Positions 38,361-46,355 of a DNA stretch of 64,000 bases are shown piece by piece. The first letter of the stretch is position 1. Every line of letters starts with the position of its first letter. The stretch covers positions 3,177 through 67,176 of IMG/VR virus record IMGVR_UViG_3300026059_000005. The stretch is one strand, 5' to 3'. The position numbers and the translations under genes are program-made. The DNA is from a virus (lineage: Duplodnaviria; Caudoviricetes). The notes under the pieces were generated by a model. That model was not told the DNA's origin. It saw nothing but the letters and a program-made list of their open reading frames with translations, and ran no database searches.

Positions 38361-38578
38361 TTGGTTCCCTCCTGTATGACCAGGTTGTGGATCCCCTTGG
38401 TCGTGCTCTCGTTCAGCATATAAACCGCCATGCCGTCAGGGGTCACGCTCGAGATCAGGTACTCGACGATCGTTATCCGCCGCTGCGAGTCAACGAAGGA
38501 CCGCGTGATCTTCGGAAACCTTCCGCGGCTCACGATCCTGCGCGGCAGCACGATGCGCACGGTGTCCTGTTTACCCAT
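38345..38578 (-). CDS. Hypothetical protein
   Basis: Likely start ATG 38578 (MGKQDTVRI), overlapping the upstream stop. Confidence 0.5.
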   Translation of the reverse strand: MGKQDTVRIVLPRRIVSRGRFPKITRSFVDSQRRITIVEYLISSVTPDGMAVYMLNESTTKGIHNLVIQEGTKCQSK

Positions 38579-38711
38579 ACGATTGCCACACCGCCAGAGC
38601 GTAGCCGACCACCAGGCCGGCCACCGCGCCATAGATCAACGCGCACACCAGGCCTACGACGACGTTGCGTCGGTTGCCGATGTTCGCTCCCGGGACCAAC
38701 AGTCCGATCAT
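38571..38711 (-). CDS. Small single-TM membrane protein
   Basis: Likely start ATG 38711; VVVGLVCALIYGAVAGLVVGYALAVW. Confidence 0.45.
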   Translation of the reverse strand: MIGLLVPGANIGNRRNVVVGLVCALIYGAVAGLVVGYALAVWQSYG

Positions 38712-38722
38712 GCAGTCCCAGC

Positions 38723-39031
38723 CTAATTTACCGGCAACCCCAGATCGTCTTGGCGCCCAGTCTGACCATCGTCGGGCTCCTTCTGGCCTTTCTTCTTGCT
38801 CCATCCTGCGAGCTCCCTCAGGGTGCGGCGCTTATGGTTCTGGACCTGCTGAATGCGCCTGCTGGCCAAGTAGGCATTAAAGTCCTGCGCCATGAGCCGG
38901 TCCATCAAGTTGTCGTGCGCCCTGATCGCACGGGACCGGTCGAGGTGATAGATCACCGCCTGGTAGACGATGACGGCAATCAGGATCAGGATGACAGTCA
39001 CCAGCCCATAATCAAGCATTTGGATGTCCAT
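38723..39031 (-). CDS. N-terminal-anchored membrane protein (lysis-cassette candidate)
   Basis: TM segment YGLVTVILILIAVIVYQAVIY followed by a helical charged tail. Confidence 0.6.
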   Translation of the reverse strand: MDIQMLDYGLVTVILILIAVIVYQAVIYHLDRSRAIRAHDNLMDRLMAQDFNAYLASRRIQQVQNHKRRTLRELAGWSKKKGQKEPDDGQTGRQDDLGLPVN

Positions 39032-39522
39032 TATGGTTTCACCTGCATTTTCACGGGGGCGCCCGGGGGCCGGATCGGGTCGGGCGGTAGGATAAAGTCG
39101 TCGCAGGCCGTGTTCGACGGCCCGGTTTCAGACGGCGGCGTCCGGTCGTTGCCCAGGGCGGTGGCGTGCCAGCACCTCTGGACGGTCGTGCCGCCCACGC
39201 CGGTCGCCGTAATGCTCATCGGGCCGTAGGTATAAGTCCGATAGCCGTTGACCGGCGCGCTGAGCTTGCTCGGGTCATACGGGACGGCTATCGTGCCAGT
39301 TACCGGACCATCGGGCGTGTCCTTCTGGTAAAGCTTCCAGCTGTTGAGCGGGATGGTGCTCGAGCCTTCGGGCGCAATGAACGCTGACTCCTCTTGCTCC
39401 CAGGCGAGCGTGACCGGCTTGGTGAGCGAGGCGGCCTCGGAGGCGCCGGCGAGCGCCAGGATGAAAAGCACGACGCAGGCGCAGACCATGGCGATCGAAA
39501 GGATTTCGATAATGCGCTTCAT
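39031..39522 (-). CDS. Secreted Fn3-like protein
   Basis: True start ATG 39522 (RBS AAGGAG, ATGA overlap). Signal peptide MKRIIEILSIAMVCACVVLFILALAGASEA, then VTLAWEQ...WKLYQ...CWHATA...SNTAC. Confidence 0.65.
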   Translation of the reverse strand: MKRIIEILSIAMVCACVVLFILALAGASEAASLTKPVTLAWEQEESAFIAPEGSSTIPLNSWKLYQKDTPDGPVTGTIAVPYDPSKLSAPVNGYRTYTYGPMSITATGVGGTTVQRCWHATALGNDRTPPSETGPSNTACDDFILPPDPIRPPGAPVKMQVKP

Positions 39523-40016
39523 GCTTGTTGCTCCTTCTTGTTGGTCAGTTTGCAAAGATAGGTCGATCCGACCTCCAGCATCTTGGCGGCCTCGGTCTTG
39601 GTCTTGAAGCGGCCGGTGACGTACTCCAGGTAGCGGGCCTGCATCAGCTCCTGCATGGGTTTCCAGGGGATCCGTTGCTCGAACATGAACGCGCAGCAGG
39701 CATCGATCGGATCCTCGTCCTCCTCGATCGTCGGCGCCGGCAGCTGCAGAGCGACCGGCGGCAGCTGGAGGGGCTCCTCGAGATCGTCCAGGGCCTGGAG
39801 CACCTTGACCATGGTGGGCACGATGCGGGCGTACACCTCGACGTTCTGGTTCTGGACGATCACCACGCCGCCGTCGCGCTTGACGGCGTTGCTCAAGTTG
39901 ATGCCCATCTGCTGGTTCGCCTGGACGTCGCTCGGCTGAAAGGCCTGGCTCAACATCTCGAGCATCAGGCCCTTTATTTCGGCTCGCGTGCTCAAGGCAC
40001 AACCCGGATCAGCCAT
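39519..40016 (-). CDS. Protein with C-terminal Fis-like HTH
   Basis: LMQARYLEYVTGRFKTKTEAAKMLEVGSTYLCKL resembles the Fis/NtrC-type HTH. Confidence 0.6.
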   Translation of the reverse strand: MADPGCALSTRAEIKGLMLEMLSQAFQPSDVQANQQMGINLSNAVKRDGGVVIVQNQNVEVYARIVPTMVKVLQALDDLEEPLQLPPVALQLPAPTIEEDEDPIDACCAFMFEQRIPWKPMQELMQARYLEYVTGRFKTKTEAAKMLEVGSTYLCKLTNKKEQQA

Positions 40017-40390
40017 GGCGCTTGGTTGCCATTAACGAACCCGAACGCCGGGTCAGTCGACTGGGACCAGGGGCCGCATTGCTTTACGCCGTCAATGGTC
40101 TTGCAGGCCTGAACCCAGAGCGAATAGGTGCCGATCGTCCGGAATCGTATGGTCGTCGTCGGAACGCCCACCGCGCCGCGGCCGAATATGTTCCCGCTCT
40201 CCATCTGGAGAAAATAGTAGTTGTACGAATCAGGGCTATCGCCGGGCTGGGGCTCCCAGGTCAGGCCCTTGATGCCGCCGCTCGAGATCTGGTAGACCTC
40301 GCAACTCCCGGTCGCAATAAAGATCGCGATGGTGGCGCATAGCACCATCAGGGCGATGGCCAATCGTTTCACTTGGCTGTTGGTCAGCAT
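39992..40390 (-). CDS. Secreted/membrane-anchored Fn3-like protein
   Basis: N-terminal hydrophobic segment, then LTWEP...YNYYF...YSLWVQAC...CGPWS. Confidence 0.6.
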   Translation of the reverse strand: MLTNSQVKRLAIALMVLCATIAIFIATGSCEVYQISSGGIKGLTWEPQPGDSPDSYNYYFLQMESGNIFGRGAVGVPTTTIRFRTIGTYSLWVQACKTIDGVKQCGPWSQSTDPAFGFVNGNQAPWLIRVVP

Positions 40391-40484
40391 GGATCTCTCC
40401 TTGAAGAGCCCCCAGGGCCCGCGGCTGCCTCACCTCAGGGAACGCCATTCCCAGGTTGATTCCGCAAGCCCCGGGGGTTTTCGG

Positions 40485-40898
40485 TTACACCTCGCCTTCG
40501 ACCGGGGGCTCGACCGGGGGCGGCTCGACCGGCTCGACCGGGTTCTCGTCCAGGGCCACCTGGATCTCGGCGCTCACGCCCTTGGCCTCCAGGAAGATCG
40601 CATCGATCTTGGCCTGCAGGTTGGGCGGGACGATCTCGCCGGCCAGCAGGTCTGAGATCTTCTGGCGCATCGAATCCATCAGGGTGTTGAGGGATTGCAC
40701 GCCGGCCTTGGTGTTCTGCAACTCGGTGATGATCTCTTCGAATGTTGCCATGTTCCCATCCTCCATTCGTTTAAGTGTTTGGACGATCCCGTCCACTTTC
40801 GCGCTGAGTGTGGTCAGCGCAACCTCGACGGCCTGGGCTGAAAACCTGACCGTCGCCTTCTTGCCTTCGACTTCAAATGTAGCGCTCATATCAGACAT
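40485..40898 (-). CDS. Coiled-coil protein with Pro/Glu tail; possible internal start at 40751
   Basis: Start ATG 40898 or 40889; an in-frame GGAGG-N8-ATG precedes MATFEEIITEL. Confidence 0.6.
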   Translation of the reverse strand: MSDMSATFEVEGKKATVRFSAQAVEVALTTLSAKVDGIVQTLKRMEDGNMATFEEIITELQNTKAGVQSLNTLMDSMRQKISDLLAGEIVPPNLQAKIDAIFLEAKGVSAEIQVALDENPVEPVEPPPVEPPVEGEV

Positions 40899-41370
40899 TC
40901 CGCGGTCCTCCAGTCGTGCTGGGTCCGGAAGCAACCGACTCGCGATAATGAAAGGGGTTAAGGACGCCGGCCAGGTTGGGTCGAGTGGCGAAGGGCCGGA
41001 TCTTGATGTAGCTGTTTTTCCTCCAGGCATCTGAAGCCGTGAGGACCGCTGAGCCACCGCCTGACGCGCCAATGCTACGCTCAGAGTCCACCACAATCTC
41101 AACATGGATAATAGCATCGGACTCGGCCCCCTTCCAGAAGACAAGGTCGCCGGGTTTATATTCCGATATCCAGTCGCGTCGCCCCTTCTTGAACATATCG
41201 TACAGCCCGCCGGCGGCCCAGTCACCACGACGCGGAAGGATGCCAACCGACTGCAGGCACTCGATGGCGAACCCGCTGCAATCGAACCCGGAAGGATCAT
41301 CACCGCCCCAGATATAGGGTGTGCCCAGGAAATGCCAGGCCACCTTCAGCAGCAGCTCGCGGTCGTCCAT
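40891..41370 (-). CDS. NlpC/P60 peptidoglycan endopeptidase (endolysin candidate)
   Basis: LGTPYIWGGDDPSGFDCSGF...PGDLVFW...HVEIV; start ATG 41370 with RBS GAGGAGG. Confidence 0.88.
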   Translation of the reverse strand: MDDRELLLKVAWHFLGTPYIWGGDDPSGFDCSGFAIECLQSVGILPRRGDWAAGGLYDMFKKGRRDWISEYKPGDLVFWKGAESDAIIHVEIVVDSERSIGASGGGSAVLTASDAWRKNSYIKIRPFATRPNLAGVLNPFHYRESVASGPSTTGGPRNV

Positions 41371-41371
41371 G

Positions 41372-41581
41372 TTATTCCCTCCTCGCGATCGCGGCATTGG
41401 CCCACATCATCACCTCTTCGAGCTTGGTGAAGGCGAGGGACTTCTCGCGGGATTCCGGCACCATCTCCTCGATGACCAGGGCGAACGCCTTGGCGTGGCC
41501 GCGGATGACCTCGTAACGCTTCGGCTGGTCGGCTTTGGGTGCGTGATAGGTGAAGCGGTTTTCGATCTCTTCTCTCTCCAC
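41372..41581 (-). CDS. Acb2/Tad1-like helical-hairpin protein (putative signalling-nucleotide sponge)
   Basis: RFTYHAPK...IRGHAKAFALVI...PESREKSLAFTKLEEVMMWANAAIAR. The RE.SLA.T.LEEA.MW.N helix resembles Tad1 (RENACALTHVEEALMWMN). GTG start with RBS AAGGAGG. Confidence 0.7.
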   Translation of the reverse strand: MEREEIENRFTYHAPKADQPKRYEVIRGHAKAFALVIEEMVPESREKSLAFTKLEEVMMWANAAIARRE

Positions 41582-41586
41582 GACGA

Positions 41587-41841
41587 CTACCTCCTTTCGT
41601 ATTTAGCGCACGCGAACCAGTTGACCCGGTGATCGGTTGCCGGGCCGCTGGTGTTGTTGCGCAGCTGGCACTTGTAGTAGGTGTTAGCGTACTGCCTGAC
41701 CTCGAGGCGCTTGCAGGTCTTGCACCGGACGCCGGCCGGCCCAGGGCCCAGCAGGCGCCTGCAGGGGTTGGGATCGATGGCGACCTCGCGCCCCTTGAAC
41801 TGCATCAGATATCCGTAATCGGTCGGCTTGAGCTCAGTCAT
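41587..41841 (-). CDS. Small Zn-binding protein
   Basis: RCKTC-x14-KC-x19-C, W before the last Cys. Confidence 0.6.
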   Translation of the reverse strand: MTELKPTDYGYLMQFKGREVAIDPNPCRRLLGPGPAGVRCKTCKRLEVRQYANTYYKCQLRNNTSGPATDHRVNWFACAKYERR

Positions 41842-42007
41842 CCTTCAGGTTCCGTTCAATGTTCTTTTCGGCGATGCCCTTGATCGTTTCTTTGATGTCG
41901 GCGATCAGCAGGATGGCCCGGGCCATGGAAACCGTATGCAGGCAAGTGCCGACCGGGATCTCGATCTGCCAGCCCTGCTTGTTCTTGTAGGCCTTGAGCT
42001 CAGCCAT
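41834..42007 (-). CDS. Small hypothetical protein (57 aa, not in track)
   Basis: Manual translation MAELKAYKNKQGWQIEIPVG...; overlaps both neighbours. Confidence 0.55.
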   Translation of the reverse strand: MAELKAYKNKQGWQIEIPVGTCLHTVSMARAILLIADIKETIKGIAEKNIERNLKDD

Positions 42008-42185
42008 CGAGCGCCTCCTTGACGATCTTGTCGACCTCCGCCTTGGCCTGATACTGGACGTCGTGCTTCCAGGCCTGATCCACCGTTTTCATAATCGATT
42101 CCGCCAGGTCGACGGCATCATCAACCGTGAGCGTATGCAGGACGTTTTCAATCTGGATGCAGATGCGGTAGTTCTCCTTACTCAT
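42000..42185 (-). CDS. Small hypothetical protein
   Basis: Likely start ATG 42185 (MSKENYRI), overlapping the terL end. Confidence 0.55.
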   Translation of the reverse strand: MSKENYRICIQIENVLHTLTVDDAVDLAESIMKTVDQAWKHDVQYQAKAEVDKIVKEALDG

Positions 42186-43644
42186 CCTCAACGCCCTCGA
42201 TGCGCCGGCGGAGCTCCTCGAGCTCGTCCCAGATGGCGCGGTGATGCTTTGGGATCTGCGCGAGGGTTTCCTCACGCTTCTTGGCCGCGGCCTTCTTGGC
42301 TATGTTCTCCACCGCGATCCCGGTCGCTTTGAACATAACGATGTGTGCGGCCTCGTCATACACATGGTCCTCTTGCTCGGTGTCGATATCCTCGGGGTTG
42401 TCCTCGTCCATAGCCAAAGACGGGATCGTGCGCAAGAACTGTTTGCAAGTGCTGTAGACCACCAGCTTCGGCAGATCTCGATCGCTCGCCGGAAGAGCGA
42501 TGCGCTCGCGGAATGCTCTGATCTTAATCGCTCTGTTAGGATCTCCAGGGCGCAGCGTGAGGCCCTTCTGTTGGAAGACTGTCGCCGTGCTCGGGCCCTG
42601 TCCGCCGCCCTTGTAATCCGGCTTCTTGTTCCAGCAGTCTGGGCCGGCAAGGCGAACGATTGGCCGATCGGAAATGCCAAGCTTGTGCTCGCGCTCATGG
42701 ATTCCATCAGCGATGAGGGAGTCCTCGAGCCGGAGCCCTTCGTTCTCGGATCCGTTCCAGCCATACCATTCGGCGAATCGGTAGAGTCGGTCCTCACTAT
42801 CACACCACCACCAGCCAATCGAGAAGGGGTGCCCAAAGCCCCAGTCCATGGTCATGTATAGCTGACAGTATTCGGGTAAGGGTATAGGCGCCACGACATG
42901 GCGAGCCGTGATTCTGAACGCCTGGCCCAGGTAGACATCCCAGTCGCCATCAAGCCACGCCTTCCGGAGGACCGGGTCAGAAATCCCCATGAGGCGGCGG
43001 ACGTACTTGGGGTCAGCATCGCATAGGATTCTATTGTCTGCGAGAAAGCTGGGGATGAAGACGCGCGCGGATCCCTGGTCGTCGAACCAGATCTTTCCTG
43101 GGGTCTGGCCGCCGGTACCCAGTCGGAAATAGTCCTTGGTGGCCATATGCCCCGGGCCGCCAGGGTTTCCGGTGAAGAACAAATGAGTAGGCACGCCATG
43201 AGGCGAGCGATTAGCCCCTCGGAGCTTGTCAACCAGCTTGGCGAACCAGGGGAAGTTGGTGCATTCATCTACGCTGATCTCCGGATACTGGTGGCCCTGG
43301 ATGTCCTCGAGTTGCTCCAGGCGCTGCATCGCCATCATCACGACCTGGGCGGCGGAATTCTTGAACCGGATGTAGTTGCTCTGGTTCTCGCCCCCGATGC
43401 GCTCTGCCGGCAGGCCTGAACCTATCAGCTCATCCCAGCGCCGGCGGAGCTCGGCAAAATCCTTGTACTTGCGCCGGATGATCAGGCCGTTCCAATGGTC
43501 CCTGTACAGCTCGGCGCCGGCGATGTGGCGCCCTATCAGAACGTCGCTCTTGCCCCCACCGCGGCTGCCGCCGAATAGGATTTCATCAGCGGGACAGGTT
43601 ACCGCCAGCAGCTGGGGGCCGGGCTGGGGTGACCAAAACGTCAT
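42178..43644 (-). CDS. terL: Terminase large subunit
   Basis: PQPGPQ, Walker A FGGSRGGGKS, Walker B ISVDE, TGNPGGPGH, nuclease MDWGF and DHVYDEAAH. Confidence 0.95.
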   Translation of the reverse strand: MTFWSPQPGPQLLAVTCPADEILFGGSRGGGKSDVLIGRHIAGAELYRDHWNGLIIRRKYKDFAELRRRWDELIGSGLPAERIGGENQSNYIRFKNSAAQVVMMAMQRLEQLEDIQGHQYPEISVDECTNFPWFAKLVDKLRGANRSPHGVPTHLFFTGNPGGPGHMATKDYFRLGTGGQTPGKIWFDDQGSARVFIPSFLADNRILCDADPKYVRRLMGISDPVLRKAWLDGDWDVYLGQAFRITARHVVAPIPLPEYCQLYMTMDWGFGHPFSIGWWWCDSEDRLYRFAEWYGWNGSENEGLRLEDSLIADGIHEREHKLGISDRPIVRLAGPDCWNKKPDYKGGGQGPSTATVFQQKGLTLRPGDPNRAIKIRAFRERIALPASDRDLPKLVVYSTCKQFLRTIPSLAMDEDNPEDIDTEQEDHVYDEAAHIVMFKATGIAVENIAKKAAAKKREETLAQIPKHHRAIWDELEELRRRIEGVEDE

Positions 43645-43955
43645 CAGACCTTTGTTTCATCGAGGCGGTGCTCGCCGCACCAGTCGTGCTCGAACATCAC
43701 CGGGAAACCGCTCATGGCCGGAGCCCGGCGCCGACAGCGGCCGATCCTGGTCCCGCCCTTGCGGAGCCACCACATACAGGTTTTGCAGCGCATCCCATCC
43801 GACCGGTGCTTCCAGGGGTCCGGGTCTTCGGGCTGTTGGCCCATGAAAGTCGGCATCGGAGCTTGCGGGACATCTTTCCCGGTAGTCCCGCCCGATTGCA
43901 TATCAGGGAACCGCTCCATCACTTCCATCAGGGTTTTGGGCTTTTTCTTTTTCAT
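43644..43955 (-). CDS. Small Zn-binding protein between terS and terL
   Basis: RCKTC...GRCRRRAP...DWCGEH. Confidence 0.65.
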   Translation of the reverse strand: MKKKKPKTLMEVMERFPDMQSGGTTGKDVPQAPMPTFMGQQPEDPDPWKHRSDGMRCKTCMWWLRKGGTRIGRCRRRAPAMSGFPVMFEHDWCGEHRLDETKV

Positions 43956-44590
43956 GGACAGGTCGCTTTCTCCTCTTTCTGGCGTGCCAGGATCGCTTCA
44001 GCTTGACGTTGCCACTCCTCGAGGCTCATGGGCCCGGTCGGGAAGGCGACCATCGCCTGGGGGGCCGTAGGGGCCTGCTGCTTATTGTCCTTCTCGAACA
44101 AGCCATGATACCGCCCCAGCTCGACAGCTGCCTTTTGGCGGTCGACCAGCTTGAACTTGTAGGTCGTTTCGGTTTCGGGGGGCGTGTCCTCGCCGCTACG
44201 GGACCACACCGTGCGTTCCTTCACCTCGTAGCCGGCGAGCGCCTGGGCCTGGCGGTCGGTCATGTTGGCCGGCGTGATGAGCGCCTTGGTTTCCGGGTCG
44301 AAGAGCTGATTCGGCAGCACGCGCAGCTGGGTCGTGAGGGCCTCGAGCACCTCGTCGGCGGTCGCGATGTTGGGATTTCCGCGGCGCTCGGCCTTGATGG
44401 CATCGATCTCTCTCTGAATACCTACATTTTCCAACAGTTTATACGCCTGCGACGACGCGTAGGATTCCTTGTAGCCCGCGGCCAGGGCGCTCTGGTAGAC
44501 GTTCAGGTAGGTCGTCGAGTTGGCAGCGTTGAGATAGGCCTCCGCGAACGCCCGGAAGCGCTCGCGCTTCGAACGGGTCTTGTTGGCCAT
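43952..44590 (-). CDS. terS: Terminase small subunit
   Basis: FAEAYL...YQSALAAGYKESYASSQAYKLL...ADEVLEAL...KLVDRQKAAVELGRYHGLF. Confidence 0.88.
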   Translation of the reverse strand: MANKTRSKRERFRAFAEAYLNAANSTTYLNVYQSALAAGYKESYASSQAYKLLENVGIQREIDAIKAERRGNPNIATADEVLEALTTQLRVLPNQLFDPETKALITPANMTDRQAQALAGYEVKERTVWSRSGEDTPPETETTYKFKLVDRQKAAVELGRYHGLFEKDNKQQAPTAPQAMVAFPTGPMSLEEWQRQAEAILARQKEEKATCP

Positions 44591-44593
44591 GGC

Positions 44594-44779
44594 TCAGATC
44601 TCCGGTATCAGGCTCAGATCCAGATCGGTGGCTGGCGTGACTTGTACCGGCTTTGTCACCGTGACCGTGTTGGTGAGGGTGGAGCCCTCCGCCATATGGA
44701 CCTCGGTGATGTAGGTGGGTTTGGTCACACAAGCCATCAAGCCGGCGGCCAGAATGGTTATGTAAAGTAGGTGTTTCAT
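44594..44779 (-). CDS. Small lipoprotein
   Basis: Lipobox LMAC after a short signal peptide. Confidence 0.65.
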   Translation of the reverse strand: MKHLLYITILAAGLMACVTKPTYITEVHMAEGSTLTNTVTVTKPVQVTPATDLDLSLIPEI

Positions 44780-44784
44780 GGGTG

Positions 44785-44982
44785 TTATTCCTCCGCCTCG
44801 TCCATGACGGCCTGGCGAGCCTCGCGGCCCCCCTTGATGTAGCCGCTGGCGCTCTTGCCCTGTTGCAGCAGGCGTTCGCGCTCTTTGCGTTTGCGCTCCT
44901 CTTCCGCGGCCTCCTCCTCCTCGGGGGTCATTGCCGCTTCCTTCTTGGCCTTCCTGAGTCCGAATAGATCGTAGCCAGCCAC
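44785..44982 (-). CDS. Small charged hypothetical protein
   Basis: 65 aa, RBS AAAGGAGG. Confidence 0.6.
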   Translation of the reverse strand: MAGYDLFGLRKAKKEAAMTPEEEEAAEEERKRKERERLLQQGKSASGYIKGGREARQAVMDEAEE

Positions 44983-44986
44983 TTGA

Positions 44987-45550
44987 TCACCTCCTTTCGT
45001 AAGATGCCATGGGCAATTCGATTGCGTTGAGCTCCTCGAGGGTCGCCGGCAAGATGCCCTCGAACACGGTGATCCACTCGCGGTAGTGCTGGATCACATC
45101 GGTGACATGGTCAGGGTTGACCCCCTTCCAATACTCAAACAGCCCTGCGCCCACTAAGAACTTAGCGGCGAGCTCAGAGCACACCGCAAATTTCCCGGTG
45201 GCGAAATACTTGGCCAGCGGCGGGATGAGGTTGAGCGGCAGGCGGTGGAACGGATACCAGCGACCCTCGAGATCGGAAACCTTATCCCAGCCGGCCTGGT
45301 AGCGCTCCTTGGTCATCAACAGGTTGCGCCCGATCAGGATCTTCTTGCCGGCGTAGGAATTGAATAGGCCGTTGCGGCGGATTGTCCAGAGGGCTTCGAA
45401 CGTCGTCGCGGTGGGGCCCAGGATGATGCCAGAGTGTGAGTATTCGGCCCGGTTGTCGGTCGCGTTGAAGCGCTCGACTGCCATGATGGCCTTGCCCAGC
45501 CACATGGGGTTGGCCGTACAGAAGATGTCACCGGCCTGCAGGATCGGCAT
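44987..45550 (-). CDS. Permuted papain-like NlpC/P60 enzyme (YaeF/YiiX type)
   Basis: LQAGDIF...YSHSGII...FEAL...AVCSELAA; His precedes Cys (permuted order). Confidence 0.8.
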   Translation of the reverse strand: MPILQAGDIFCTANPMWLGKAIMAVERFNATDNRAEYSHSGIILGPTATTFEALWTIRRNGLFNSYAGKKILIGRNLLMTKERYQAGWDKVSDLEGRWYPFHRLPLNLIPPLAKYFATGKFAVCSELAAKFLVGAGLFEYWKGVNPDHVTDVIQHYREWITVFEGILPATLEELNAIELPMASYERR

Positions 45551-45938
45551 TGATCTCCCCTTTAAACAGATTCGATGAGATGTGCATCTTGAGGAACGGG
45601 ATGGCCCTGGCGAATTCGGGCATGGCCACCTTGATCAGCTCATAGGCCTGGTCGACTATGGCGCCTCGCTTCACCAGGTCGACGTTCTCAAGGGTGCCGT
45701 GCTTCTTTTCGAGGATCGCCCGGATGATCTTCAGGCCCGCCATCACCTGGTCGATCATGGGGTCGCACTTCTCGGTTTCCTTGTGCTTGCCCAGCCAGCG
45801 CGCCATTTTCATCTCGAGATAGTTGAGATAGGTCCGGATCACTTTTCTGACCCAGTTGGCCGCGTAGGTCGCTCCCGCCAGCGCAAGCGCCCCCAGCGCC
45901 GTGTTGATGTTCTCCGTTATCCATTTCAGGTCTTCCAT
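45528..45938 (-). CDS. Holin-like membrane protein
   Basis: N-terminal TM (INTALGALALAGATYAANWV) plus helical cytoplasmic tail; RBS AGGA. Confidence 0.5.
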   Translation of the reverse strand: MEDLKWITENINTALGALALAGATYAANWVRKVIRTYLNYLEMKMARWLGKHKETEKCDPMIDQVMAGLKIIRAILEKKHGTLENVDLVKRGAIVDQAYELIKVAMPEFARAIPFLKMHISSNLFKGEINADPAGR

Positions 45939-46353
45939 CGCCGTCCTCGATGAATGGGTTGCGGTCAGGATGCGGGAAATCGCATCTCGCTGCCTTGTCC
46001 TTGTCGGGATCCTTGGGCTTCTTTTCCTTAGGCTTGCGCGAGGCCCAGATGATCTTCACCGTGCGGAACGTCATCGACAAAACAATGCACCCCATCGCGA
46101 TGTATTCCGGCAGGGTGCGCATGACGTACCACCATGATCCGAAAATTGCCTCGGGAACGCTGTTGTGGTTGACCGTGTGCCTGACGATCAGCTCGACGGC
46201 CTGGCCGACAGCAATTCCGTAGAGCGCAAAAGTCGTGTAGGCATAGATGTCCGATGCCTGGCCAATGGTTATCCACCACCAGGTGAACAACAATCCGCCA
46301 AAAAGCGCAACCAGAAAGAAGACGAAGTTATAAACAAATCCGATGTGCTCCAA
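45688..46353 (-). CDS. Multi-pass membrane protein
   Basis: Likely TTG start at 46353; three to four hydrophobic segments. The C-terminal ~83 codons overlap the next gene. Confidence 0.55.
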   Translation of the reverse strand: MEHIGFVYNFVFFLVALFGGLLFTWWWITIGQASDIYAYTTFALYGIAVGQAVELIVRHTVNHNSVPEAIFGSWWYVMRTLPEYIAMGCIVLSMTFRTVKIIWASRKPKEKKPKDPDKDKAARCDFPHPDRNPFIEDGDGRPEMDNGEHQHGAGGACAGGSDLRGQLGQKSDPDLSQLSRDENGALAGQAQGNREVRPHDRPGDGGPEDHPGDPRKEARHP

Positions 46354-46355
46354 CC

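Noticed and set aside
39523-40002. Track ORF 39031-40002 as a single 323-aa protein
   Set aside because: The upstream part overlaps the 39519-40016 gene in another frame and is low-complexity. An RBS and signal peptide mark the real start at 39522.
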